A stretch of DNA of 64,000 nucleotides from contig CAWKHF010000010.1 of assembly GCA_963849325.1 (NCBI GenBank), positions 256,001 through 320,000 of the forward strand, read 5' to 3'. Source of the DNA: an uncultured Planctomycetota bacterium (GTDB taxonomy: Bacteria > Planctomycetota > Planctomycetia > Gemmatales > Gemmataceae). A program made the translations under genes and the position numbers. Shown here piece after piece: positions 20,710 through 32,192 of the stretch. Below the pieces are notes generated by a model. The model had not been told where the DNA came from and did no database searches. It saw only the letters and a list, made by a program, of their open reading frames with translations. The stretch's first letter is position 1, and each line of letters starts with the position of its first letter.

Positions 20710-21774
20710 TTATTGGTTCAGTAACTGGGTCAAGAGCGGCAAAAATCTTCTTTTGAAGGAACGATAGGCGAATTGTTCGCGCCAACGCTGCTGACCGTTC
20801 GACCCCAGTAGCGCCGCCCGATCGGGGTTCTTCAATAGATAGATGAGGCGCTCGGGCAACTCATCGGGCTTATCCAGATCCACGTTGTAACCCGTCACTC
20901 CGTCCAGGTTGATCTCGGGCGCGGCGTCGTGAATGGAGGCGACCACCGGCAGGCCGTAGCGCATGGCTTCCACATAGACGAGGCCAAATCCTTCGCCGCG
21001 ACTGGGCATGGCGAAGACGGTGCTTTCGCCCCAGATCTTGGGCAAGTCCTGGTCCGGGACGAAGCCGGTGAAGACGATGTGGTCGGCAACCGGCGACTCA
21101 CCGGCACGACGGCGGAACGCCTCCTGACGGGAGCCGCCGCTAACGATCAGCAGCCGTGCATCGGCGACGGCGCCGACCACTTTCGGCCAGCAATCGATCA
21201 ATTCGCGGTGTCCCTTGTAGTCCTCGTCCATCCGCCCGAGGATGACAACCGTGGGCTGGCACGCGCCGGCCACAACCATCGGCGGAGCAGCATCGGTCTC
21301 CGTTCCCAGCCAGCAGACCTCCGCGTGTCCGAAGCCTATGTGCAGCTTGTCGGCTCGTTCGCGGGTGTACGCGCTGTTGGCGATCAGGACAGCGGCGCTG
21401 CGGGCACGGCGCAGGCGGGAAGCATTGGCCTTCTCCCATACCTCGACCCCGTGGACCCAACTCAAAAAAGGACGCCGAAATAGAGGAAGGCGCCAGTGTG
21501 CCCGCGCCATGGCCAGGGAGTCGTACAGAAAATGCCGGCTGGACAGCGCCGCCTTTCGCACCTCCCAAATAAATCGTCCGCGCGAGCCTCCCGCGCTCCT
21601 CGTCGGCAGATAGGCGTCGGGGACGTCCTCGTCCAGCAAGCTCACCGCTCGCGCCCGGAGACGTCCGGCCTCTGCCTCCTCGGCCAGCACGCGGCCCATC
21701 AGGCGCGCGACGCGGGCGATGCCGCCGTTGCCGGCGCGGAGAGTGGCCGCCGCGAGGAGAACAGGCGCGGACAT
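20710..21774 (-). CDS. Glycosyltransferase family 4
   Basis: GGIARV, HGVEVW, GRMDEDYKG, EGFGLVYVEAM. ATG at 21774 overlaps the upstream stop. Confidence 0.9.
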   Translation of the reverse strand: MSAPVLLAAATLRAGNGGIARVARLMGRVLAEEAEAGRLRARAVSLLDEDVPDAYLPTRSAGGSRGRFIWEVRKAALSSRHFLYDSLAMARAHWRLPLFRRPFLSWVHGVEVWEKANASRLRRARSAAVLIANSAYTRERADKLHIGFGHAEVCWLGTETDAAPPMVVAGACQPTVVILGRMDEDYKGHRELIDCWPKVVGAVADARLLIVSGGSRQEAFRRRAGESPVADHIVFTGFVPDQDLPKIWGESTVFAMPSRGEGFGLVYVEAMRYGLPVVASIHDAAPEINLDGVTGYNVDLDKPDELPERLIYLLKNPDRAALLGSNGQQRWREQFAYRSFKRRFLPLLTQLLNQ

Positions 21775-23348
21775 CAGGGCCCTCCCGAACCGGCGTCCGT
21801 CATTCCCGGCCGCGTATGCCCCATCACCAGACGGATGAGTCCGTAATAGAGCAGATAAATAACGACGCCGTTGAGATACCCGGTTGCGAACCAGTCGTCG
21901 ATGTGGGCGCCAAGGCGCACGCCCATGAAGGCGCACGGTAGGAGCAACCATTCCGAGCGGACCAGGGCACCCAGCGCCATCCGCGACAACCAGGTGAAAA
22001 GGACGCCGACGTAGGCGCACGTCGCCAACAGCAGCGCCCAACCCCCGTTCCAGTAGGACTCGCCGAAGATGCCGATGCCCGTATGGCTTTCGCGGTTCCC
22101 GACGGCGATTTCCGTAAAGTCGGCCCCCGGTTCGAGCACGGGTTTGTCTGGCCACAGAAAGCGCGGCACCAGGCCATAAACGCACAGCTCGAACGAATCC
22201 CCCGGCCGCTCTCGATCGTACAAATACATGGCCAGCGCTTCGACGTTGGTATAGCACAACCTCGTCCACCAACTGCCTTCCTGACTGAATTCCATCTCTC
22301 CACTCGACCATTGGTCGAGTCCCCTGTGGACGATGTCCAATCGTTCCCCAAAAGAGGCATGATAATAATCGCCGTGCAGGAGGATGACCTCCTCGCGCCC
22401 CCAGGTGACGAGGGGCACGAGGAGAACGTAAGCGACAAAGGAGAGCGCCGCTCCGTAGAAGAGATCGATGATTTTTCCTCGGGCCAGATAGCGGCCGAGG
22501 ACGGCCATGACCAGGGTCATGACAAACGCTTCCTTGTTGAAGCGCAACAAATCGACAAACAATTCCGCGAAGAAGACCAACCAGAATAAATGACCCCAGC
22601 GGCCGCCGGATTTGCTGGCCAGGTAGGCCAGCATGAACACGCCGAGGGAAACGAGGTTGCAGAGGGACATGAGGACGCCCGGCAGGACAAAACTTAAACG
22701 TCCGAATTCGTAGGGCAAGATCAGGAAATACTGGAGGGGGAGCCCGACGCTCAGGAATACGTAAGTCGCGGCCTCGGCGCGCACCTGGTTGATCCGAGGC
22801 GAAGGCTTGGCGATGTGCCGCCGGGCGTGTCTGTCCGCCAGCCGAGAACTCGCCAGAAAAAAGGCCGTGATGACAAAAATGCCAACGGTATTGAGGAGAT
22901 TGGTGCGCCAGATCTCGTCCGGGATGACCGGGTGCATGTCGTCCATGCGGGCGATCATCTTCTCGCTGCCGAACTCATAGGCGAGCGCCCCGAAACCAAA
23001 AAAGGCCCCGGAAGAAGTGACGAACCACGGTATGGGGGTCCAGAGGGTGCGCGAGTTGGCACGCACGATGTCGAAGGCGGTCCACAGAGAGACGACGAAC
23101 AACGTCGCCGGCCCCATCCGGTTCACGAACTGTCGCCAATCCTCGCCGGACAGGAAATAGCCACTCAGGTAGAGCAAGCACAACACGCCCGTGACCCGCA
23201 AAAATCTCCCCATCGCCCGGTAGTTCATGGCGAGGACGTCCGGCGCGACGGCTCGTCCGACTCCCGACGCCGGAACCTCCTCGGCCGGACTCGCGCGTCC
23301 ACTTCGCCCCGCGACGGGGGCCACCGGCGCCGACTTGAGTTGGATCAT
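21774..23348 (-). CDS. Polytopic membrane protein, probable Wzy polysaccharide polymerase
   Basis: About 11 TM segments; VPRFLWPDKP and GIFGESYWNGG motifs typical of Wzy-like proteins; position among the GTs. Confidence 0.7.
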   Translation of the reverse strand: MIQLKSAPVAPVAGRSGRASPAEEVPASGVGRAVAPDVLAMNYRAMGRFLRVTGVLCLLYLSGYFLSGEDWRQFVNRMGPATLFVVSLWTAFDIVRANSRTLWTPIPWFVTSSGAFFGFGALAYEFGSEKMIARMDDMHPVIPDEIWRTNLLNTVGIFVITAFFLASSRLADRHARRHIAKPSPRINQVRAEAATYVFLSVGLPLQYFLILPYEFGRLSFVLPGVLMSLCNLVSLGVFMLAYLASKSGGRWGHLFWLVFFAELFVDLLRFNKEAFVMTLVMAVLGRYLARGKIIDLFYGAALSFVAYVLLVPLVTWGREEVILLHGDYYHASFGERLDIVHRGLDQWSSGEMEFSQEGSWWTRLCYTNVEALAMYLYDRERPGDSFELCVYGLVPRFLWPDKPVLEPGADFTEIAVGNRESHTGIGIFGESYWNGGWALLLATCAYVGVLFTWLSRMALGALVRSEWLLLPCAFMGVRLGAHIDDWFATGYLNGVVIYLLYYGLIRLVMGHTRPGMTDAGSGGP

Positions 23349-24425
23349 GACCGCAACACCTTTTCTGTCGGCGCGACGAGGAGGTCCGAGGATGGCGCTT
23401 CCATTAACACTCTAACCCGATCCACAATCTCCTTAACGCGGTCGGCGCTGCTGTATCCGCTCGACAGACAACGTGCCCGGCCAGCGGCGGCGATGCGTTG
23501 GCGCTCCTCCTCGTGTTCGAGATAGTAGCGTGCCTTGGACACCAACTCGTCCTCCGAGGAAAAGAACTCCGCTTCTTTCCCTTCCTCGAAGAGCGCCTGA
23601 TGCTCTTCGGTGCGCTGGGCGAGGAGAAACGCGCCGCAGGCGGGGATCTCGAGAGAGCGCGTGGTGCTGCGGTCGGGACAAAGGGGCGATAGAAGTCCCA
23701 GGCCGATTTTGGCGCAGCTCAGGGCCAGCGCGTAGTCGCGGCCGCCGACCTGCCGACCGCGAATGTATCGTTGCAGCTCCGGGGCACGGCAGCGCTGCCA
23801 AGAGTGGCCCCAGATCGCCAGATGGAAACCTGCTCGTGCCAGAGGGCTGAGATACTGTTCGCGCCCCTGCCCATACACTCCGGCAAAAACCGCGTCGGCG
23901 GCATACCGGGATGCCTCCGCCGGCGTCGGGGTTGGCGGTTGATGGACGTTCTCGATCGTAGCTGGGATATTGCAGCAGTACCTGCGCGCTCCGTAGCGTC
24001 GGTAATGCGGCACCTCATAAGCCTTGGTAGTGACAATTAGATCGTATTCGGGAATGGCATGCAGAAAGTGTCGGGTTCGATGAAATACAATCGCCGGATC
24101 GGGTGTGTAATGAACGAGGATTCGGGCGCCGACGCTGCGTACTGCGCAGCGTCTTCGAGGACACCCACACTCCTTTATCGATCCACAACACATCGGGCCA
24201 GCAGTACCGCGCCGCACGCACGATTTGGCGATTGAGTCCCCACAAGGGCGGTCCCCACTTCAGGCGGCGGAAAGGCACCCCGATCCAACGTCCCCCCCAG
24301 CGGTAATAAGGAAGCGCCTCCAGCGGCACCATATCCATGCCGAGCCGTCGCACTTCTTCCATGCGCATCCGACACGTCGAGACGTAGCCTTCGGGGTTCA
24401 ACTCGCCCACGTACAAGATTTTCAT
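23345..24425 (-). CDS. CgeB/YkvP-like glycosyltransferase; frameshifts near 24130 and 23980
   Basis: MKILYVG start, PDVLWIDKG, HYTPDP, STTRSLEIPACGAFLLA, FEEGKEAEFF. Confidence 0.8.
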
Positions 24426-25849
24426 CTTCCGTCACCCCCCGCGGGGTTTCCGCGTGAGACCCTGCCAGCGAGACAGATCGCCAGCAGCGCCTGGACGGCA
24501 TAGGCCGCGGCCGTCGCCATCGCCGCCCCCCACAGGTGCAGGCTGGCGATCAACGGGATTCCGAATGCGATCGTCCCCAGTGCCGCCGCACCCTCCGACC
24601 AAAGGACGTGATTGGGTTTCTTGCGGGCGAGGCTGATAGTGTTGAAAACGTGGGACAGGACCATGAGCGAGAAACCAACCGCCAACATCGGCATAATGGC
24701 GGTCCCCGACCGATACCTGGACCCCAACAACCATTCACTGACATATTCGCGCAGAAAGAACACACCCAATACACCCGCCAAGCACATGCCGGCGGTTGCA
24801 CCAATCCACAGACGCAGTGCTTGCTTCTCGACCGATCGGTCCCCCCGTGCAATCGCGTCATAATACACCGGACGCAGGGCCTGGAGCAGTATTCCGCTGC
24901 CCATCAGAAACGGACGACTTACGAGTCCGTAGGTGGCGGCGTAAATCCCCACTTGTTCCGGGCCGGCCCATTCGCCCAGGAGATAACGATCGGCCAGGGC
25001 CGTGACCCAATCGAGGATGCCCGAGGGGACCAGAGGACGGGAGTAGCAGCGGATCTCGTCAGCCAGTGCCTGGCGGGCCACGGTCTCCTCGGGATCGCTT
25101 CGCACCAACTCCCGCTGTCGCGCCAGCTGATAGACGAGCACAATACCCGCCGTGGCCACGGCGTATCCGGCGAGCAAGGCCGTCGGGGTCACGCCGAGGA
25201 CCAGGACGGCGAGCAGTCCCAGACCCGGCCGGGCGCAGCTCTCGACCACCCTCCACACCGCGACCGCCCGTTGCCTCCGCGCCGCACCCAGAAGACTGGT
25301 TTCATACGTGCTGAACACTTCGCCCACCAGCAGCACGGCGAGGACCACAAATACTGCGAAGGATAGCCCCGTCCACAGCGACCAGACGGCCCCGCCGACG
25401 AGGATTAGTCCGATCAGGATGCCGCAACTACGCCGGAGGCTTCGGCCCACCGTGCGCGCAGACGCGGCACCTGTCCCTCGCGGGCCAGCTCCGGGTAGAA
25501 GCGCATGGCCGCTTGCAGCAGAGGATTGCAGAAGAGGGTCGAACCCAACGTGGCGATACCGATCAGCAGGCTGACGGTCCCGAACACTTCCGGCGAAACG
25601 AACTCGGTCAGAAGACGGATGCCCAGGAGCAAGCCGGCGACGGAGACGACCTGTCCGAGCGTGACCCAGAACCGTGTCGCCGAGAAGTCGTTTTTTCCCC
25701 GGCGAAACGTCGCGCCACACGCTCCACCCTCCGGACCACCTGACCGAAGGCCGGAACTCGACCGAATCGGGCGCGGAGACGGATCGCCGCCCCGCGCCGA
25801 GACCGGCCGCGACAAGCTCTTTTTCCTCCGACCCCTTCTCCGTTCCCAC
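24422..25849 (-). CDS. Wzx-like oligosaccharide flippase; frameshifts near 25700 and 25450
   Basis: GIRLLTEFVSPEVFG in one frame; ADRYLLG..VGIYAATY and multiple TM helices in another. Confidence 0.8.
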   Translation of the reverse strand: MGTEKGSEEKELVAAGLGAGRRSVSAPDSVEFRPSVRWSGGWSVWRDVSPGKKRLLGDTVLGHARTGRLRRRLAPGHPSSDRVRFAGSVRDRQPADRYRHVGFDPLLQSSAASGHALLPGAGPRGTGAASARTVGRSLRRSCGILIGLILVGGAVWSLWTGLSFAVFVVLAVLLVGEVFSTYETSLLGAARRQRAVAVWRVVESCARPGLGLLAVLVLGVTPTALLAGYAVATAGIVLVYQLARQRELVRSDPEETVARQALADEIRCYSRPLVPSGILDWVTALADRYLLGEWAGPEQVGIYAATYGLVSRPFLMGSGILLQALRPVYYDAIARGDRSVEKQALRLWIGATAGMCLAGVLGVFFLREYVSEWLLGSRYRSGTAIMPMLAVGFSLMVLSHVFNTISLARKKPNHVLWSEGAAALGTIAFGIPLIASLHLWGAAMATAAAYAVQALLAICLAGRVSRGNPAGGDGR

Positions 25850-25861
25850 AGAGCTTCTCCT

Positions 25862-26638
25862 TCACCACAACCGCGACAACCACCCTCGGCCTTTTGGTTC
25901 CGGTTTGGGTACGCGCAACGGCAACCCTTGCAGAAGGGCCATGCCGAAGGTGCTGCAAACGCGGTCGGCGACGGCACTGCCGGCCCAGAGCCGGATCTGG
26001 TGGTAAGCCTCCGCCATCCGCGGCGGTCGTCGGGTGGGCGAGTGGCCGTCCGAACCGAGGCAATGGACAATCCCGCGCTGGAACCAATCCTTGAGCGCCT
26101 TGGCATCGGCCCGGCTTCGCGGCCGGGTCACACTGCCGGAGGACACCTGCACCAGGCATTCGGCCTCGATCAGCTGCTCGATCGCTCCCGGTTCGTGCAG
26201 CAGTTCCTCATTGCGCTCCGGGTGGGCCAGGATGGGCCGGACGCCCCGCTCGACCAGTCCCCGAACCGTCGCCTTCAGGTCGATGAAGCAGCCGTGCGGC
26301 ATCTCAATGAGCAGATAGCGCCGCCGATCCGCGACGCTCAACAGACGCCCCTCGGCCCAGGATAACTCGATGTCCGGATGTACCATGACCTCGGCGCAGG
26401 GGAATACGACCAGGGGGATGTCGGCATCCTTCAGCGACCGCAGCAGACGGTCCCAGCCCGCGCGGATGCGGTCGGGCGTCACGTCGGGCCAATGATCGTT
26501 CTGATGGGCCGTCGCCGCAACCATGCGCGTTCCCTCGGCGTAGGCGAGACGGCACATGGCCAGTGCATCCTCGTCGGTGCGCGGTCCATCGTCCAGGCCG
26601 GCCAGCAGATGACAGTGCATGTCGATCAGGGGAATCAT
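25862..26638 (-). CDS. CpsB/CapC PHP-family tyrosine-protein phosphatase
   Basis: IDMHCHLLAGLDDG, ATAH, LAHPERN, GSDGH. ATG at 26638. Confidence 0.92.
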   Translation of the reverse strand: MIPLIDMHCHLLAGLDDGPRTDEDALAMCRLAYAEGTRMVAATAHQNDHWPDVTPDRIRAGWDRLLRSLKDADIPLVVFPCAEVMVHPDIELSWAEGRLLSVADRRRYLLIEMPHGCFIDLKATVRGLVERGVRPILAHPERNEELLHEPGAIEQLIEAECLVQVSSGSVTRPRSRADAKALKDWFQRGIVHCLGSDGHSPTRRPPRMAEAYHQIRLWAGSAVADRVCSTFGMALLQGLPLRVPKPEPKGRGWLSRLW

Positions 26639-29099
26639 CGGTCCCTCCGGCAGCCGGCGCCGGCGCGATCCGCGCGGCGCCGCCTCCCTCATGCCTCGGG
26701 ACCGGACGTCCCATTGGTTCCGGGCGCCGCCTCCGCACCTTCGACACGCACGCCGCGCGTGCGGTCGTTCGGTCGCCGGCGTCCTCCCCCTCGTCGTAGT
26801 AGCCGGAACTTCCCGCGTAGTAACCGTAAGCGTGCTTGCCCTGCTCCTCCTGGTTGGCATTGACGATCACGCCAAAAATCGTCACGCCGAGCGTGGTGAG
26901 GACTTCCTTGGCGCGTTCGGCCTCGACGCGGCCCCTTTTCGCCGAGCGCAGGGTCAGCAGGACACCATCGACTTGCGGCCCGACAACGCCGGGATCGGTC
27001 ACCGCCAGCAGGGGAGGCGTATCGACCAGGACGTAATCGTAGCGTTCGCGCATCCAGGCCAGCATTTCCGCGAGGCGGGGCGAGGTCAACAGTTCCGCCG
27101 GGTTCGGCGGGGTGGGTCCGCAGGGCAGGACGGATAGGCCGGGGATGGCCGTTTCCTGAATGGCCTCGGGCGGCTCCGCCCGCCCCTCCAGCACGGAGGC
27201 GAAACCGATCGCGCTGGAGATCTGGAACAGTTTATCGACGCGCGGCCGGCGCAGGTCGGCATCGACGAGCAGGACGCGCTTGCCCGACTGGGCGATGGAG
27301 ATGGCCAGGTTGGCGGCCAGGGTGCTTTTGCCGTCGCCGGCGTTGGGGCTGGTGACCTGGATGACCTTGAAGCCCTCGCCGCGCGTGCTGAAATAGAGGG
27401 CGGTTCGCACGCCGCGATAAGCCTCCGCCTCCTTCGACTTCGGCCGATACCAGGCGCACAGGCTCGGGTCCAGGACCACGCTCGCTCCGACGGGGACCAC
27501 CTTCGCGGACTTGGTTCCCTGCTTGAGCACGGGGATGACGCCCATGACCGGCAGACCGAGCCGGCGGCGAACGTCTTCGGGCGAGCGGAAACTCTTGTCC
27601 GTCAGCTCGGCCAGGTAGGCCAGGCCGCCTCCCAGAAGCAGCCCCAGCAGTGCGGCCATCGGCAGCACGAGCGAGCCGCGCGGGGCGACCTTCTCCGCTA
27701 TCGTCGGCGGCGTAATCACCTGGGCGTCAAATCCGCCGAAACTGCTGATGACGTCTAATTCTTGCAGGCGTTTGATGATGTTGTCGTACAGCAGCTGGCT
27801 GCGGTCGATGGAGCGGCGATAGGCGTCGTCCTGGGTCTCATAGGGGAAGGCTTTTTTGGCCTCGCGCAGCTCGGCCTCGAAAAGGACGTCCAGGGATGCG
27901 GAGGTGCGTTTCACTTCCTGGAGTTCCTGCTTGAACTGGGCGATTTTCAAATCGACCATGGTCTCCTGGGCTCGGGCATCGCGCTGGCGCTGCTGCGGCG
28001 TGTCGGCTTCCGCAGTGGTGGAAGGGGCCAGCAGGCTGCGGATGGTCTGCATGCGCTCGCGGACCTCCTTGACCTGGGGATACTTGGGACCATATTCCTC
28101 CAGCAGCTCGCCTTCGCGCAGTCGCAGCTGGACTAGCTCCTGCTCCAGCGTGGCCGGCAGGGTAGCGGCGGAGGTCATTTCTTCCGTCATCCGCGCACCG
28201 GGCCTCTTCCCGGTCATCGGCGTCCGCGGCACCGGCGTGACGCCGGGCAGTGCCGAGACGACCTCCAGCAGTTCCGCCCGCGAACGACCCTGCGTCAGCG
28301 CGGCATCCACCGCGTCCAGCGTGGCCCGGATCTGCGTGGCGCGGACGGTCAGGGCCGCCCGCTGGGCGTCGATGTTCCCCAGCCGTTCCTGGTGCAGCGT
28401 GGTCCCGTACTGGGTCTTCCACAACACCGGCGTGTTCCGCCGAAAGTCGGCATACGCTTTCTCCTTCTGCTCCAGGTCGTTCTGCACGAGATCGCGGGCC
28501 TTGGTGATGAGTTCCAGCGCTTCCTTGGTGGAGCCGCGCGTGCTGTTGTTGAGGAAATCGTGGTAGCTGTCGATGACGGAGGCCAGCACTCGACCGCAAT
28601 CCTCGGGATGGCCACAGCGAAAAGATATATTAAGGATCTGACTATTGGAATAACGACCGGCGCTCTTGTCGCGGTCGCGGTTGACCTTGAGCGACTCGAC
28701 GAGGTTGTGCGCCGGACGGGTGCTGGCCTGGAAGGTCGGCAGGTCGGCGAGTCCGCCCTTGGCGAGGGCGTTGTTGATGACCACCGAACTGCGGATCACC
28801 GTCTGATGCGTGTCCAGGAAGTCGTCGGTCGGCGCCGGGACGGCGGCCCCATTGGCGTTGGCCGCTCCCGGGGCGGAGATGGGCGTGTCCGGCCGTTTCT
28901 TGAGGACCAGGATCTGCGCCGACGATTCATACGTCCGCGGCGCCATGGCGTAGTACAGCACACCCAGCGCCACGCCGATGACGACGCCAAGCGAGACGTA
29001 GGCCTTGCGCTGCCACAGGATCTCCCACAGGCTCGGGCCTGACGCCGCGAACGAAGCATCGCTCGCGGGGAGTGAGTCCGGCAACCGATTGTACGTCAT
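26635..29099 (-). CDS. wzc: Polysaccharide co-polymerase / tyrosine autokinase (Wzc); 3' end approximate
   Basis: Two TM helices, coiled coil, EAYRGVRT, Walker A TSPNAGDGKS, VDADLRRP, DTPP, Tyr cluster AYGYYAGSSGYY. The computed ORF reads through to 26304, probably via a frameshift. Confidence 0.88.
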
Positions 29100-29143
29100 G
29101 TTGTTCTCCTCTGACCGTTGAGCGGCGGACGGAAAGAACCGTC

Positions 29144-30538
29144 TCAGGCCCGAACAATCCGCCCTTCGACATTTCGGACGCCGCGTGTCGCATTCCGTGT
29201 ATCCACAACGAGAGGGGCGTGCTCCACAATTCGCTCCCAGTCATACGCCGAGTGGTCGGTCACGATGACGACGCAGTCCCGCGTCCGCAGATATTCCGGC
29301 GTCAACTCCTGGCTTCTCATCTCCAGGGTGGGGTGGCGTCGGGTCCGCGGCAGCTGGGGGATGTGCGGGTCGTTGTAGTGGACGACGGCACCCTTGCGCA
29401 GCAACAGCTCCATCAATTCCAGGCCCGGCGACTCGCGCGAGTCGTCCACGTCCTTCTTGTAGGCCACGCCGAGCAGGGTGATCTTGCTGCCGCGAACCGG
29501 CTTGCCGCGGTCGTTCAGCGCGTCGCTGATCCGTCCCACGACATACGTGGGCATGGCGGTGTTGATCTCGCCGGCCAACTCGATGAAGCGCGTGTTGAGT
29601 CCGTGCTTGCGGGCCGCCCAGCTGAGGTAGAACGGATCGATGGGGATGCAGTGTCCGCCCAGGCCGGGACCGGGATAGAAGGCCTGGAAGCCGAACGGCT
29701 TGGTCTTGGCCGCCTCGATCACCTCCCAGACGTCGATGCCCATGCGTTCGTAAAGCACCTTCAGCTCGTTGACCAGGGCGATGTTGACGGCCCGATAGGT
29801 GTTCTCCAGGATCTTGCACGCCTCGGCGACTTCGGGACTGGAGACGCGAACGATAGCGGTCATCGCCTGGCCGTACAGGCTGGCGGCGAGTTCGAGACTG
29901 CGCGGCTCGATGCCGCCCACCACCTTGGGAATGGTCGGTGCCGAGAATTGCGGGTTGCCGGGATCCTCGCGCTCCGGGCTGAAGGCCAGGAAGAAGTCGG
30001 TGCCGACGCGCAAGCCGTGCCTTTCCAGGATCGGCAGAACGACCTGCCGCGTGGTCCCCGGATAGGTGGTGCTCTCCAGCACGATCAGCTGTCCCGGCCG
30101 CAGGCAGGCGGCGACGGCCTCGGTGGAACTGGTCACGAAGCTGAGGTCCGGTTCGCGCGCCTCGGTCAAGGGCGTAGGGACGCAGATCAACACGGCGTCC
30201 GCTTCGGCCAGGCGCTGGAAACGGTCGGTGGCCTCGAAGCCGTTCGCGCTCATCTCGACGATGGCCGCGTCCGGGATGTGGCCGATGTAGCTCTCGCCGC
30301 GTCGCAGCTGCACGACCTTGGCGGCGTCGATGTCGAAGCCGAGGACCGAATAGCCTTTGGCGGTGAAGGCGCGCGCCAGAGGTAGGCCAACGTAGCCGAG
30401 TCCGATGATGCCGACGCGGGCCGTCTTGTCCCGGATGTGCGTGTGCAATTCGGCGAAGACGTCGTCCGGCATCGGCATGGTATCCGATTCGGGACGCGCG
30501 ATCGGGTTGGCGACAAGACTTTCGGTTGCTTGGATCAT
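29144..30538 (-). CDS. UDP-N-acetyl-hexosamine / nucleotide-sugar 6-dehydrogenase (WbpA/WecC/CapO-like)
   Basis: GLGYVG, CVPTP, ESTTYPG, SPEREDPGN, ENTYRAVN, GGHCIPIDP, AYKKDVDD. Confidence 0.93.
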   Translation of the reverse strand: MIQATESLVANPIARPESDTMPMPDDVFAELHTHIRDKTARVGIIGLGYVGLPLARAFTAKGYSVLGFDIDAAKVVQLRRGESYIGHIPDAAIVEMSANGFEATDRFQRLAEADAVLICVPTPLTEAREPDLSFVTSSTEAVAACLRPGQLIVLESTTYPGTTRQVVLPILERHGLRVGTDFFLAFSPEREDPGNPQFSAPTIPKVVGGIEPRSLELAASLYGQAMTAIVRVSSPEVAEACKILENTYRAVNIALVNELKVLYERMGIDVWEVIEAAKTKPFGFQAFYPGPGLGGHCIPIDPFYLSWAARKHGLNTRFIELAGEINTAMPTYVVGRISDALNDRGKPVRGSKITLLGVAYKKDVDDSRESPGLELMELLLRKGAVVHYNDPHIPQLPRTRRHPTLEMRSQELTPEYLRTRDCVVIVTDHSAYDWERIVEHAPLVVDTRNATRGVRNVEGRIVRA

Positions 30539-30588
30539 AAACGAACCTCTGGGACGCCGGCAAAGGACCTGTTCAACTTTCTCGTTCT

Positions 30589-30618
30589 GCCGCGCTCCGC
30601 TGCGCGTCGCGGCTAAAC
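30589..30618. repeat. Single REP-like hairpin unit (GCCGCGCTCCGCTGCGCGTCGCGGCTAAAC)
   Basis: GCCGCG...CGCGGC stem in an intergenic position, followed by CACTTTT x2. Confidence 0.5.
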
Positions 30619-30645
30619 AGTTCACTTTTCACTTTTCCTTGATTC

Positions 30646-32192
30646 CTACAGGCTTGCTCGATGTAGTCCTGGCTCTTCCGTGCCGCCGGTGCAGATCGTG
30701 TCCGGGGAGGCCATCTCCTGCCGGGGCTGGGGATGGGAGACGTTGTCGGCGGCCGGCGTTGGGGCGGCGAAGTCAAAATCGCGGAGAATGCGAGACAGGC
30801 GAGCGATCTTGTCCTCGATCGGTTCGCCGTCGTAGTGGCCGGCGATGTCCAGTGCGCCGATCGTGCCGCTTGGGACGGCCAGGGCAGCTGCGCACGCCAC
30901 AAGCCGGCCTCCTCTTCCGGGGCTTCGTGCGCCCGGTCCCAGCGCGCGTGATAGCCTTCGCCCAGCGAAGGAGCGTTGACGTCGAGACGGACGCGGTACA
31001 GATTCAGTGCATCCGCGGAGGCGAGAATCCTCGTCCACAGCTCGCGCCAGTCGGCGCTGCCTTGCAGACGCACCTCAATCTGGCGCGGCTCATCCGGGGG
31101 CAGCACGCGCAGCAAGGATTGTAACATCGTCCGCAGTCGTTGCGCGACCAGAGACAGTTCCGCATGGCCGAAAAGGCGCGTGGCGATCAACGTGACCACG
31201 ACGACGAGACTGCTGAGGACGACCACCGACTCGCTCCCCAGCATCTTGCCGGCGACGGCCCCGACCGCGGTGGCCAGACAGCAGCCGGAGACGACGAGCA
31301 GGACGCGACGCGGATGGACGAAACGGCGAAGCAGGCAGTGGTGCAGATGGCCGCGATCCGTACTGTAGATGCTGCGGCCGGTCAATTTGCGGCGCAGAAT
31401 GGCCGCTACCGTATCGAGAATGGGGATGGTCAGCAGCGCCGCCGGGGTTGCCAGCGCGATGGTGGCGGGGCGTTTGAGCGAGCTACCAATGGCCACGGCG
31501 CCGATGGCCAGTCCGATCAACATGCTGCCCGAGTCGCCCAGGAAGATCGTCGCGGGCGGAAAGTTGAAGTACAGGAAAGCGAGCAGGGCCGCGGCCAACG
31601 TGAAGGCCACGGCGGCGGTAACGTCGCGGCCGCCGAGCACGGCGATGGAACCGAACGAGACGCAAATGATGAGCGCCACGCTAGTCAGCAGTCCGTCCAT
31701 GCCGTCGATTAGATTCAACGAGTTGATGGCGCCCAGCAAGAAGAACGCGGTGAACGGGACGCCCATCACCCCCAGGTCGAAGTCGGCGTCGAACACGTGC
31801 ATCCGATCGATCCGCACTCCGGAGGCGATCAGCACGAAGACCGCCAGCAATTGGCCGAGCAGTTTGTGACGCCCGCGCAGCCGGCCCAGGTCGTCGAGAA
31901 GACCCACGCCGCAGATCACCACGGAAGCCAGGAGCAGCCCGATCAGATGGTCCCACGGGACGTCCGCCTGCGAGGGCAGCTTTCTGGATCGCAGGAACGC
32001 CACCAGCAAGGCCCCACCGACCGAGAGGAGGAGGATCGGCCCGCCGACCACCGGGACGGATCGTCCGTGCAATTTCCGTCGGCCATCAGGGTTGTCCACC
32101 AGGCGCAGTCGCAGGGCGAGGTTCCGAATCCTCGGCGTCACCAGCAAGGACAGGCTGAAACTCACGGCGGCAGCGATGAACAATTCAACCAT
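30646..32192 (-). CDS. wecA: MraY/WecA-family undecaprenyl-phosphate GlcNAc-1-P transferase with C-terminal extension; frameshift near 30880
   Basis: RKLHGRSVPVVGG, GLLDD, NLIDGMDG, NFPPATIFLGDSGS, DRGHLHH. ATG 32192; first gene of the minus-strand EPS operon. Confidence 0.85.

Noticed and set aside
26304-26634. C-terminal extension of Wzc to 931 aa
   Set aside because: It overlaps the clear CpsB phosphatase gene by over 300 bp after the Tyr cluster; best explained by an indel removing the stop near 26635.
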